A DNA stretch of 32,000 nucleotides from Desulfocapsa sulfexigens DSM 10523 (lineage in GTDB: Bacteria; Desulfobacterota; Desulfobulbia; Desulfobulbales; Desulfocapsaceae). Of this stretch, positions 17,232-25,875 are shown one piece after another. Under the pieces are notes generated by a model. The model was given only the letters and a program-made list of their open reading frames with translations. It had not been told where the DNA came from and searched no databases. The DNA lies in NCBI RefSeq assembly GCF_000341395.1, contig NC_020304.1, positions 1,860,001-1,892,000 on the forward strand, read 5' to 3'. How positions within the stretch are numbered: the stretch's first letter is position 1; each line of letters starts with the position of its first letter. Both the position numbers and the translations under genes were made by a program.

Positions 17232-19304
17232 TTACATTGAGATTTTTCTGACTTTCATATAGAGCAACACTCGTCTCGGATGAAAATCGTTGGGAGTGTT
17301 ATCTTTTGGTAATATGTTTGTTGACTGTAAATATTTAACCCGTAAGACATGTGCCTCCCAGACAGATGTGTCGGCACCATTTTCTTCTAAATAACGAATA
17401 ATACTTTGATCTCCACTGAACTTGGCGAGGGCAAAAGCATTGATGCCTGCATTATCTAGTGTGTTGATCTTTGCACCATGACTGATCAATTTTTTTACTA
17501 TACTTAAATTGCTTTTTTCAGAGGCCACCATCAGGGAAGTATTTCCGTTTTTGTCCGTTGCATTAACGTCAGCCCCTTTTTCGATCAAAAGCTCTGCGAA
17601 ATCAAAAATATTATGAGAAACTGCCCTCAGCAGAAGAGGGTCACCGTTTCCAAGGGTTTCATTGACATCAGCGCCATGACTGACAAGCAGGGTTCCGCAC
17701 ATAACGTCTTTGTTTTCCATGGACAACCGCAGTGGAGATTGTCCTCTTAAATCTTTTTTGTTTAAGTCGGCGATGCCACTCTTTATTAGGGTACGAACTT
17801 TCTCGATTTTTTTTCTCGATACGGCGATAATGACAGGCGTTTGCCCCTTATTGTTTGTAAGATTGACATCTGCTCCTTTGGTAATCAAATACTCCATCAC
17901 TGCTAATGATCCGGAAGCAGTTGCATCAAATAATGGTGAATCACCCTTATTATTTTGTGCGTTAATATTGGCGCCATTGTTTAGTAAAAAGTCGGCTAGA
18001 TCAAAACAGTCTTTTGTGTTTTTTTCTGCAACCTTTCTCGTTAAACCCAAAGTATCTTCAAATGTTTTCCGTAATGTATGTACTAAAGGAGTTATGCCTT
18101 GCTGATCCCCTTTATCAATATCAGCACCATTCTTAATTAAAAATTTAACAAGGTCAAAATGCCTTTCGAGAATTGCAAGGATAAGCGGCGTGGAACCGGG
18201 GGCAGAAGAATACATTGTTTTTTTGTCAGACAGACAGGCCGAATTAATGTCGGCTCCAAGGCTGAGTAGCAACTTAACAGTTTGTTGTCTCCCTTTCCAC
18301 GATGCGTAAAGAATCGGGGACATACCGTTTGTATCAACTAAATTCGGGTCTGCACCTTTTTGACATAAAAATTCAATTACGGTTGTGTCTTCAGTAGTTG
18401 CATAATAATGCAGAAGGGGAATACCTGCTATTCTCGGGGCAATAGCATTTAAGTCTTCCTCTCCTTTGTCCACGAAAAATGTAGCTATATCCCAGTATCT
18501 TCTTTGCAACGACTGTTCAAACAGATCTCCTTGACGGCCAACCATTTGTTTGGACTGATTCAACTCAGCGCCATTTTGTATCAAGGAGATGGCCAATTCA
18601 GGTTGCCCATAGTAAAGAGCAACCGCTAGTGGGCTTGCTCCAAATCCTTTCATATTTAAATCTGCGTTTTCAGAAATAAAAAATTCAACAACATCCTTAT
18701 GTCCATATGAAATTGCCAGGGTAAGAGGTGTGAAACCATTTTCCGTGGAATCATAGTATTTGGGGTCTATTTGAAATGGAAGAAAAATCTGATTATTTAG
18801 ATTCCCTGGGTGCCCTTTCTTTTGAGGCATATTTGCCATAGGACCAAACGAGTGACTGTTTATTTCTGCTCCATGTTCATACAAGAGTTTGACGATTTCC
18901 AAATGACCATTTTTAGCCGCAAGCATGAGAGCTGTCACCCCTGTATCTGTAAATGCATTTATTGATGCCCCTTCATCAATAATATGCCGGGCACCTGTGA
19001 GGTTACCGCTTTGGGCAACTTTCATAAGCGGAGTAAAAGCTTGCTGTTTTGAAGAGGTCTCTTTTGGGCCATTAAAAAGTAGGTAATCAATATTTCTTTT
19101 TTTTAATTTATCGGGCTGTGGGGCAATCCGAGGAATACTAAGAGTTGGGATAGGTGAAGGAGGTCGACCTTGTCTCCAGACGAAGGGGCGTTGTCCATTG
19201 TTTTCCCCATAAGAGGGAGAAACTGATAATAAGAATTGAAGAAATAGACCGAAAATAAAACAAAATTTAATTATATTTAAAATATTCGCAGCTTGATTCA
19301 GCAT
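17232..19304 (-). CDS. Exported ankyrin-repeat protein (~14 ANK repeats)
   Basis: From M41 of the track ORF (MLNQAANILNIIKFCFIFGLFLQFLLSVSPSYG, signal-peptide-like). About 14 repeats fit G-TPL--A---G----V--LL--GA--N, e.g. TGVTALMLAAKNGHLEIVKLLYEHGAEIN and NKGDSPLFDATASGSLAVMEYLITKGADVN. Confidence 0.85.
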   Translation of the reverse strand: MLNQAANILNIIKFCFIFGLFLQFLLSVSPSYGENNGQRPFVWRQGRPPSPIPTLSIPRIAPQPDKLKKRNIDYLLFNGPKETSSKQQAFTPLMKVAQSGNLTGARHIIDEGASINAFTDTGVTALMLAAKNGHLEIVKLLYEHGAEINSHSFGPMANMPQKKGHPGNLNNQIFLPFQIDPKYYDSTENGFTPLTLAISYGHKDVVEFFISENADLNMKGFGASPLAVALYYGQPELAISLIQNGAELNQSKQMVGRQGDLFEQSLQRRYWDIATFFVDKGEEDLNAIAPRIAGIPLLHYYATTEDTTVIEFLCQKGADPNLVDTNGMSPILYASWKGRQQTVKLLLSLGADINSACLSDKKTMYSSAPGSTPLILAILERHFDLVKFLIKNGADIDKGDQQGITPLVHTLRKTFEDTLGLTRKVAEKNTKDCFDLADFLLNNGANINAQNNKGDSPLFDATASGSLAVMEYLITKGADVNLTNNKGQTPVIIAVSRKKIEKVRTLIKSGIADLNKKDLRGQSPLRLSMENKDVMCGTLLVSHGADVNETLGNGDPLLLRAVSHNIFDFAELLIEKGADVNATDKNGNTSLMVASEKSNLSIVKKLISHGAKINTLDNAGINAFALAKFSGDQSIIRYLEENGADTSVWEAHVLRVKYLQSTNILPKDNTPNDFHPRRVLLYMKVRKISM

Positions 19305-19445
19305 AATCAGTATGATTTTAAGATTTGGAAACAATTGTTTAGGTCCCATAAGTTCGATGTCGGTGTTCGTTTTAATATTCGTGATTTCACATAAAGCCAA
19401 ACGAAAAGCCAAGACACGTACCATTTTTTTATCTAAGAACCTCTA

Positions 19446-20135
19446 TCAAGCCACTACTCCAAATACCCGGCCAACACCTGCGGTTAGGGCCATAGCGAGT
19501 CCACCCCAAAAAGTTACACGTATTGCACCAATTAAAATAGTGGCGCCGCCAGCTCGCGCGGCAAGTGCACCGAGGGATGCTAAAAATAATAAAGAGGAAC
19601 CAGCAACCACGGCTATTAACTGAGATCCAGGAACAACCCGTGCCAATAACAAGGGAAGAGCTGCGCCAATTGTAAAGGTTCCTGCTGAAAAAAATGCAGC
19701 CTGCACGGGCTGTGCACCAGCATTTTCCGATATTCCTATTTCGTCTCGGGTATGTGCCCCGAGCGCGTCATGAGCCATCAGTTGTTCTGCTACTGTTCTG
19801 GCCAAATCTGGATCAAGCCCTCGATTTTGGTAAATTTGTGCTAGTTCATCTTTCTCAAATTCGAAATCATTCTCTAGCGAACGCTTTTCAAGTGTTATGT
19901 CAGCATTCTCGGTATCTGACTGTGAGCTTACAGATACGTATTCGCCCGCAGCCATTGACATTGCCCCGGCAACCAATCCCGCAACTCCTGCAAGGAGAAT
20001 GCTCTCCTGCGTTGCATTGGCCGCGGCAACACCAATAATGAGACTGGCAGTGGACACAATACCATCGTTAGCACCTAGTACAGCGGCACGTAGCCAGCCA
20101 ACACGATGGGAACGGTGAATTTCATGGTGACTCAT
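19446..20135 (-). CDS. VIT1/CCC1-family iron/manganese transporter
   Basis: 229 aa. N-terminal His-rich MSHHEIHRSH, family block WLRAAVLGANDGIVSTASLIIGVAAA, an acidic cytoplasmic loop, and C-terminal TM helices. Confidence 0.8.
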   Translation of the reverse strand: MSHHEIHRSHRVGWLRAAVLGANDGIVSTASLIIGVAAANATQESILLAGVAGLVAGAMSMAAGEYVSVSSQSDTENADITLEKRSLENDFEFEKDELAQIYQNRGLDPDLARTVAEQLMAHDALGAHTRDEIGISENAGAQPVQAAFFSAGTFTIGAALPLLLARVVPGSQLIAVVAGSSLLFLASLGALAARAGGATILIGAIRVTFWGGLAMALTAGVGRVFGVVA

Positions 20136-20339
20136 ATGTGGCCTCGGTAGATTATGTGAACACTAACCGTATTAAATTAACGGCTGGCCATGGATCCACG
20201 ACAATAGTGGAGCAGTGGGTAAGGTAGATGCTATCCAAAAACCGGACGTGCGGGCCAGTCGGGGCCATTTTGTTGTTGGAAGAAGCCGTTACGCGCCGCC
20301 GCCTCCAATAGCTAATTGGACGCCAGTCTGGTTCTTCTC

Positions 20340-20831
20340 CTATGGTTCCCGTAATTCTTTGAGCATCCAGACATCGCAGCCACTGTGAATTGTTTCATTG
20401 AGCGGCTCTTGTAGATGTCTGAATCCAAAACGTTTATAGAGTGTTATCGCAGGTTTCATATTAGAAAGGGTGTCCAGGTAGCATTGCTGATACTGTCTCG
20501 ATTGTGCGTACTCGAGGCATAGCTTTGTTAATTTTTTTCCAATTCCCAACCCTCTACTTTCCGGTAGTAAAAATAGTTTTCGGAGTTCACAGATAGTTGT
20601 ACTTTTGTGAAAGGCCGCAATGCCACCTCCTCCAATAAGCTGATTATCCTTTACCGCCACCAGATAAAGAGCATTGTCAGCTTCTTTGTAGTACTGGCTC
20701 ATACATTCCACTTCCTCATCAGAAGGGCCAAACCCATCTCCTATGGCACCAAATTCCGCTCCCACCGTTTTGATGATATGGCAAATGTGTTTATCATCCT
20801 CGGGTTTGATATTTCTGATTTCGCAATGCAT
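20340..20831 (-). CDS. GNAT-family N-acetyltransferase
   Basis: 163 aa with acetyl-CoA binding motif A (LFLLPESRGLGIGKKL) and the typical YKRFGF motif. Confidence 0.8.
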   Translation of the reverse strand: MHCEIRNIKPEDDKHICHIIKTVGAEFGAIGDGFGPSDEEVECMSQYYKEADNALYLVAVKDNQLIGGGGIAAFHKSTTICELRKLFLLPESRGLGIGKKLTKLCLEYAQSRQYQQCYLDTLSNMKPAITLYKRFGFRHLQEPLNETIHSGCDVWMLKELREP

Positions 20832-20862
20832 CCTAGCTATTCGTCAGCTGCCTTACATGAGG

Positions 20863-21228
20863 TTACAGGTTTGTCATAGTGATATAGGTTGTTGGCCACC
20901 AGATTCCAGACAGGACGGTTGCAATAGCAGAGCCTGTCAGCAGGGTCTGGCGTCTGGTGAGTATACTCAGGCATAAGAAAAAAATGTTGGCCCACCCGAA
21001 GGGAGTTAAAAATGATAGAAACCACCCAACTGGAACACGAAATGCCATACTGAAGAAGTGCTCAATGGGCTGTATGGGTAGCGTCGGATCTGGTTGTGAA
21101 GTAAAGTGCAGGGTAAGCATGGATATTACGGATACGATGAGCATCAGGAGGATGCTTCCAAATAGCCAGGTGATTAAAATTTCTTTTCTTGTCAGGTGCT
21201 GGGTAAAAAACATATTTTTATGATCCAC
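20863..21228 (-). CDS. Hypothetical membrane protein
   Basis: 121-aa ORF with 3-4 hydrophobic segments. No family recognised. Divergent from aroK. Confidence 0.45.
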   Translation of the reverse strand: MDHKNMFFTQHLTRKEILITWLFGSILLMLIVSVISMLTLHFTSQPDPTLPIQPIEHFFSMAFRVPVGWFLSFLTPFGWANIFFLCLSILTRRQTLLTGSAIATVLSGIWWPTTYITMTNL

Positions 21229-21287
21229 AGTATAGTTGCTGATGGTTTGCGATATGTTACCTTTTCTCTTTCATCCTTGATCTTATC

Positions 21288-21317
21288 TTGACACAGATTT
21301 ATCTTAACGCATACTAT
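21288..21317 (+). promoter_or_regulatory. Candidate sigma70 promoter for aroK-aroC-glgA
   Basis: TTGACA (21288-21293), 18-nt spacer, TACTAT (21312-21317), 26 nt upstream of the aroK ATG. Confidence 0.4.
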
Positions 21318-21342
21318 ATTCAATCGCTGGGAATTAATTTTT

Positions 21343-21876
21343 ATGAAAGAGAGTGTGTACCTTATTGGTGGCCGGGCTGTAGGGAAGTCAAGTATCGGTG
21401 TAAGGCTAGCCCGAAAGCTTGGGTATAGATTTTTTGACACTGATACTCTGATCACTGATGAGTGTGGTTGTTCGGTAGCTGAAATTGTGGCCCGAGATGG
21501 GTGGCAGAGCTTCAGAGAGCATGAAAAGCACGTGTTGCGTCAGCTGGGTCTTCAAAAATCCTGTGTCGTGGCAACTGGTGGCGGTGCGATTCTTCATCGT
21601 GAGCAATGGCTGGAGCTGAAAAAACTTGGGATAGTTATCTGGTTGAAGGCTGATACTGCAATTCTCCGTGAACGTATTTCGGGAGATCAGAATTCCATGG
21701 GGCAACGGCCAAGTTTAACAGGAAAAGATGTCTGCCAGGAACTGGAAGATGTCTTGACGGAACGCAACCCACTATACCGTGAAACCGCAGACTTTATTAT
21801 TGATAGCGGCAAGATGACAGTTGATGAGATTGTTCAGGCAATTGAACAGATCTGCACAGCAACAGACAGGGAATAA
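21343..21876 (+). CDS. aroK: Shikimate kinase
   Basis: 177 aa. P-loop GGRAVGKSS, then FFDTD (shikimate/Mg site) and ATGGG. Directly precedes aroC. Confidence 0.85.
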   Translation: MKESVYLIGGRAVGKSSIGVRLARKLGYRFFDTDTLITDECGCSVAEIVARDGWQSFREHEKHVLRQLGLQKSCVVATGGGAILHREQWLELKKLGIVIWLKADTAILRERISGDQNSMGQRPSLTGKDVCQELEDVLTERNPLYRETADFIIDSGKMTVDEIVQAIEQICTATDRE

Positions 21877-21881
21877 AAAAG

Positions 21882-22961
21882 ATGGCAGGAAATACTTTTG
21901 GTAAGGCCTTTCGGGTAACCACCTGGGGTGAGTCGCATGGGACAGGCGTTGGTGCTGTAATTGATGGCTGTCCTCCGGGGATTGTCCTTGATCCTGCATT
22001 TTTACAGGCTGAGATGGACAGGCGGCGCCCTGGACAGGGAGGAGCATCAAGTCCCCGTAAAGAGCCGGATCAGCTTGAGATCTTGTCTGGTATTTTTATC
22101 CCAGAAGGAGAAGATCTGCCGCGTACCACCGGCACACCCATCTCACTTGCAATTTATAATAAGGATGCCCATTCAAAGTCCTATGACACTCTGCGTGATA
22201 TTTTCCGTCCCGGTCATGGGGATATCAGCTATCTTGCCAAATATGGCATCCGGGATCATCGTGGTGGCGGACGCGCGTCTGCCCGGGAGACTGCGGCACG
22301 GGTTGCTGCGGGAGCGGTGGCCAGGCAGGTATTGGAACAGGCTGGAATTGATGTGCTCGCTTATACTGTTGCTTTGGGCGGGGTGAAAATTACCGAAAAA
22401 AATCTTGAAGTAATTAACGATAATCGTTTTTTCTGTCCCGATGCAGCTGCCGCTGAAAAGATGGAAGCGAGGGTGGATGAAGTTCGAAGAATGGGAGATA
22501 CTTTAGGTGGAATCGTGGAGATTGTTGCCGACTGTCCCGCCGGTCTTGGAGAGCCCGTTTTCGATAAACTTGAGGCAGAGCTTGCCCACGGTCTGATGTC
22601 CATTGGGGCGGTGAAGGGGGTGGAGATTGGTGCCGGGTTCAAGGTGGCAGATATGCTCGGGTCTGAGAATAATGATGCGATAACTCCCGAAGGATTTGAA
22701 GGCAACAATGCCGGAGGAATCCTTGCCGGGATATCGAGTGGTAATGAAATTGTTATCCGGGTTGCCGTGAAACCCATTCCGTCCATTTCAAAAAAGCAGC
22801 AGAGTGTTAATCTTGCCAATGAAGCAGTAACTATTCAGGTGGGTGGAAGGCATGATATCTCGGCCATTCCCCGTATCATTCCTGTCTGTGAAGCCATGGT
22901 ACGTCTCACCCTGGTTGATCATCTGCTGCGGCACATGAGTATCGCTTTTCCAACGGAGTAA
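21882..22961 (+). CDS. aroC: Chorismate synthase
   Basis: Signature blocks TWGESHG, RRPGQ, RDHRGGGRASARETAARVAAGA, GGILAGISSG. 359 aa. Confidence 0.95.
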   Translation: MAGNTFGKAFRVTTWGESHGTGVGAVIDGCPPGIVLDPAFLQAEMDRRRPGQGGASSPRKEPDQLEILSGIFIPEGEDLPRTTGTPISLAIYNKDAHSKSYDTLRDIFRPGHGDISYLAKYGIRDHRGGGRASARETAARVAAGAVARQVLEQAGIDVLAYTVALGGVKITEKNLEVINDNRFFCPDAAAAEKMEARVDEVRRMGDTLGGIVEIVADCPAGLGEPVFDKLEAELAHGLMSIGAVKGVEIGAGFKVADMLGSENNDAITPEGFEGNNAGGILAGISSGNEIVIRVAVKPIPSISKKQQSVNLANEAVTIQVGGRHDISAIPRIIPVCEAMVRLTLVDHLLRHMSIAFPTE

Positions 22962-22966
22962 AAAAG

Positions 22967-24589
22967 ATGGCAGGAAAACAAATATTCATCCGCGAAATCT
23001 GGATGCTCAGTCGGGAATACGGCAGTCTTGCAGGAGCAGGCGGGGTGAAAGATGTGGTTTCCCAGTTGTCTGTCACTCTTGCCCGCGAGGCTGGTCGTTC
23101 TGTTCATGTTGTTCTTCCCTGTTATGGGTTTATGAACCCTGAAAAGCTGGGCTTTCATCTTCTGGACGATCCTCAGTCTCCCGGGCATATATTACAGTTC
23201 GAGGTTGATCTGAACTACCCGGAAGAGGAACGGCGTGAAGAGGTAAGGGTGTGGGTGGCAAAGCTTGATCGGGTTACTATCTATTTGATCGATGCCGAGA
23301 GATTTCGTGAAAAACAGAATGTATACACCTATACAGCGGAGGAAGAGGAGAACTTCTCCTGGCAGAAAACGGGAGAGGGACATATCGATTATTTTGCCAT
23401 GAATATTCTCTTGCAGAAAGCCGCCATTGACCTGATGATACTCCTTGATGCCCGTCCGGATATAATTCATTGCCACGATGGTCACACTGCGGTTCTTCCG
23501 GCTATGATTTCTGAACAATCCGGTTTACGCCACTATTTTCGTGGCACCGGATGTGTGGTGACCGTCCATAACGCAGGGCAGGGATATCACCAGGAGGTTG
23601 CTGATCTTGCCTTTGCTCACGCAAGCACAGGTCTTCCTCTGTCTCTTGTTCGTCGCTTCAGGCTTGATGACTGTTTTGATCCCTTTCTCGCAGGGGCTCC
23701 CTATGCAGAAATGAACACAGTGAGCGAAAATTATGCCAGGGAATTGCGGGAAACCATTGATGATCATCTTACCGGGTGGCTTGGCCACACCCTGCTGGAA
23801 CGCAACGTCATTCTGGATGGAATTACCAATGGAATAGATCCCGATGCCTTCTCAGCAAAAGACCATTTGAAAACGCACATAGCCGCAAGCTTTGATCCTC
23901 TTGGAGAGGCTCCACTTGAAGGAAAGCGGAAGTGTAAGACTGCCCTGCTGCAGTCGCTTACGAAAGACGGGAAGATTCAGAATGTTCGGCAATCCGGCTA
24001 TCTGACGAGCGATCCCGCTCTGCCGCTTGTTACGTTTGTTGGCCGTCTCAGTGCTCAAAAGGGGGTGGCTGTACTTACCGGGGCTATTGAAAAACTACTT
24101 GCTGAGAGGTCGGATTTTCAATTTCTACTTCTCGGGACCGGCAGTCGTCACGATGAAGATATTCTTATTCGTCTTGCTGAGAAGAAAGAAAACATCGGTC
24201 GGGTTTGTATTCTTTGCGGTTTTGATAGCATTCTTGCCAACAAGATATATGCTGCCGGAGACTTCTTTGTGATACCTTCACAGTACGAACCCTGCGGCCT
24301 GACTGATTTCATGGCCCAGCTTTTTGGAAATTTGCCTATTGTTCATTCCGTTGGTGGCCTGGTGAAAGTTGTGGATGGAAAGACCGGTTTTTCCTATCTT
24401 GAACAGAGTGTCCTTACTTTAAGTGAGGCTATCAAGTGGGCGTTGAATCTTTATATGACCGATCCTGCTGCAATCCGTAGGATGCAGCGTCAGGCGGTGG
24501 AGCTGATTTATGAACAATTCACCTGGACAACGGTCAGCAAAAAGTATTTAGAGCTCTATAAGAGGGCGAAAAAGAAGAAAATCAGGTGA
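22967..24589 (+). CDS. glgA: Glycogen/starch synthase-like GT5 glycosyltransferase (atypical, 540 aa)
   Basis: The N-terminal block EYGSLAGAGGVKDV...VLPCYGF aligns to GlgA E..P..KTGGLADV...LLPAFP. The C-terminal block SQYEPCGLTDFMAQLFGNLPIVHSVGGL aligns to [28 protein letters not shown]. The KTGGL lysine is not conserved. Confidence 0.72.
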   Translation: MAGKQIFIREIWMLSREYGSLAGAGGVKDVVSQLSVTLAREAGRSVHVVLPCYGFMNPEKLGFHLLDDPQSPGHILQFEVDLNYPEEERREEVRVWVAKLDRVTIYLIDAERFREKQNVYTYTAEEEENFSWQKTGEGHIDYFAMNILLQKAAIDLMILLDARPDIIHCHDGHTAVLPAMISEQSGLRHYFRGTGCVVTVHNAGQGYHQEVADLAFAHASTGLPLSLVRRFRLDDCFDPFLAGAPYAEMNTVSENYARELRETIDDHLTGWLGHTLLERNVILDGITNGIDPDAFSAKDHLKTHIAASFDPLGEAPLEGKRKCKTALLQSLTKDGKIQNVRQSGYLTSDPALPLVTFVGRLSAQKGVAVLTGAIEKLLAERSDFQFLLLGTGSRHDEDILIRLAEKKENIGRVCILCGFDSILANKIYAAGDFFVIPSQYEPCGLTDFMAQLFGNLPIVHSVGGLVKVVDGKTGFSYLEQSVLTLSEAIKWALNLYMTDPAAIRRMQRQAVELIYEQFTWTTVSKKYLELYKRAKKKKIR

Positions 24590-24694
24590 TACGTTCGTAT
24601 TCTGCTGTTCATAACGCCTTCATTCTGATTAAATGAATTACGAATGACAAAAAAAATGCAGCAAATGGTTTTTTAATATATACGGAGGCAGCAC

Positions 24695-25699
24695 ATGACA
24701 ATTAAGGTAGGAATTAACGGTTTTGGTCGTATTGGAAGGAGCATCTTTCGTGCCCTGGCAAAGGATCCTGCTTTTGCAGATATCGAGATTGCGGCGATTA
24801 ATGATCTGACGGATAATGCAACTCTTGCCCATCTTTTGAAGTATGATTCGGTAATGGGAATCTATGAACCGGAAGTTACGAGTGATGACACGGGAATTAC
24901 TGTTAACGGAAAACATATTCCTGTTTCCGATCATCGTGATCCCGCTGATATCCCCTGGGGAGAAGCTGGCGTTGAGTATGTTGCCGAGTGTACGGGACTT
25001 TTTCGGGATGCTGGCAGTACCCAGAAACATATCAGTGCAGGGGCCCGTAAGGTTGTGATTTCGGCTCCAGCCAAGGGAGATATTAAAACCTTTGTCATGG
25101 GGGTGAATGAGGATGAGTACGATGCCACCATTCATCATATCGTGTCCAATGCCTCCTGTACCACCAACTGCCTGGCACCTTTTGCCAAGGTTATTCTTGA
25201 TAACTTCGGTATTAAACATGGACTGATGACAACCGTACATGCCTACACCGGAGATCAGCGGCTTCTCGATTTTCCCCATTCCGATCTGCGTCGAGCGCGG
25301 GCTGCTGCAATGTCGATGATCCCCACCAGCACCGGGGCTGCTGCTGCTGTGGCACTTGTTATCCCAGAACTGAAGGGCAAGTTTGACGGTCTTGCTGTTC
25401 GGGTGCCGACTCCCAATGTTTCACTGGTTGACGCGGTAATGGAAGTGGAGCAGGAAACAACTGTTCCCGAGGTGAATCAGGCGTTGAAGGACGCTGCAAA
25501 CCGTTATCTTGGATACTCTGATCTGCCTCTGGTTTCCATTGATTATCAGGGGAATCCCCATTCTTCGGTAGTTGATGGGCAGTCTACTAAAGTGATAGGT
25601 ACCACCGTCAAGATACTGAGCTGGTATGATAACGAGTGGGGCTACTCGAACAGGATGTTAGATCTGATTTTGTATATGGAGGCAAACAAGGCTCTGTAA
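24695..25699 (+). CDS. gap: Type I glyceraldehyde-3-phosphate dehydrogenase
   Basis: INGFGRIGR NAD motif and active-site SNASCTTNCLAP. 334 aa. GGAGG RBS. Confidence 0.95.
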   Translation: MTIKVGINGFGRIGRSIFRALAKDPAFADIEIAAINDLTDNATLAHLLKYDSVMGIYEPEVTSDDTGITVNGKHIPVSDHRDPADIPWGEAGVEYVAECTGLFRDAGSTQKHISAGARKVVISAPAKGDIKTFVMGVNEDEYDATIHHIVSNASCTTNCLAPFAKVILDNFGIKHGLMTTVHAYTGDQRLLDFPHSDLRRARAAAMSMIPTSTGAAAAVALVIPELKGKFDGLAVRVPTPNVSLVDAVMEVEQETTVPEVNQALKDAANRYLGYSDLPLVSIDYQGNPHSSVVDGQSTKVIGTTVKILSWYDNEWGYSNRMLDLILYMEANKAL

Positions 25700-25748
25700 A
25701 TAATGAGTTAGCAGAAAGGTTCCGCTGGTAAGATGGACCATATTTGAG

Positions 25749-25789
25749 ACGCCCTGAGGGAGAGTTATCCTTGAGGGCGTTTTTGTTTT
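25749..25789 (+). terminator. Rho-independent terminator after gap
   Basis: ACGCCCTGAGGG / CCTTGAGGGCGT imperfect stem with a 9-nt loop, followed by TTTTTGTTTT. Confidence 0.75.
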
Positions 25790-25875
25790 CATTGCAGAAG
25801 ATACTTGAAATCGTGGGGAAAATGATTGATACTTGGAACCATCTGATAACACTTCTTTGAGAGATAAGTGAAATA

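Noticed and set aside
19305-19424. 40-codon 5' extension of the ankyrin ORF (track start 19424).
   Set aside because: The extension (MVRVLAFRLALCEITNIKTN...) precedes the signal-peptide-like segment and would bury it. M41 (19304) gives a normal N-terminal signal. The choice remains unverified.
20136-20339. yybP-ykoY manganese riboswitch upstream of the VIT transporter.
   Set aside because: I could not find the conserved GGGGAGUAG or UUGACA-type cores on the minus strand. The region is kept only as an unexplained structured leader (see findings).
21961-22819. 141-aa (+, alternate frame) and 152-aa (-) ORFs inside aroC.
   Set aside because: They overlap a gene with unambiguous chorismate synthase signatures in a GC-rich stretch that suppresses stops in other frames. 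Their Pro/Ser/Arg-rich low-complexity translations are typical of shadow ORFs.
24638-25279. 213-aa ORF on the minus strand.
   Set aside because: It lies almost entirely within, and antisense to, the highly conserved gap gene. It has no RBS or recognisable motifs and is a typical shadow ORF.
25834-25850. TGGAAC-N5-GATAAC as a sigma54 promoter upstream of the giant gene.
   Set aside because: The downstream element lacks the essential TTGC(A/T) core, and GG/GC spacing alone is not enough.
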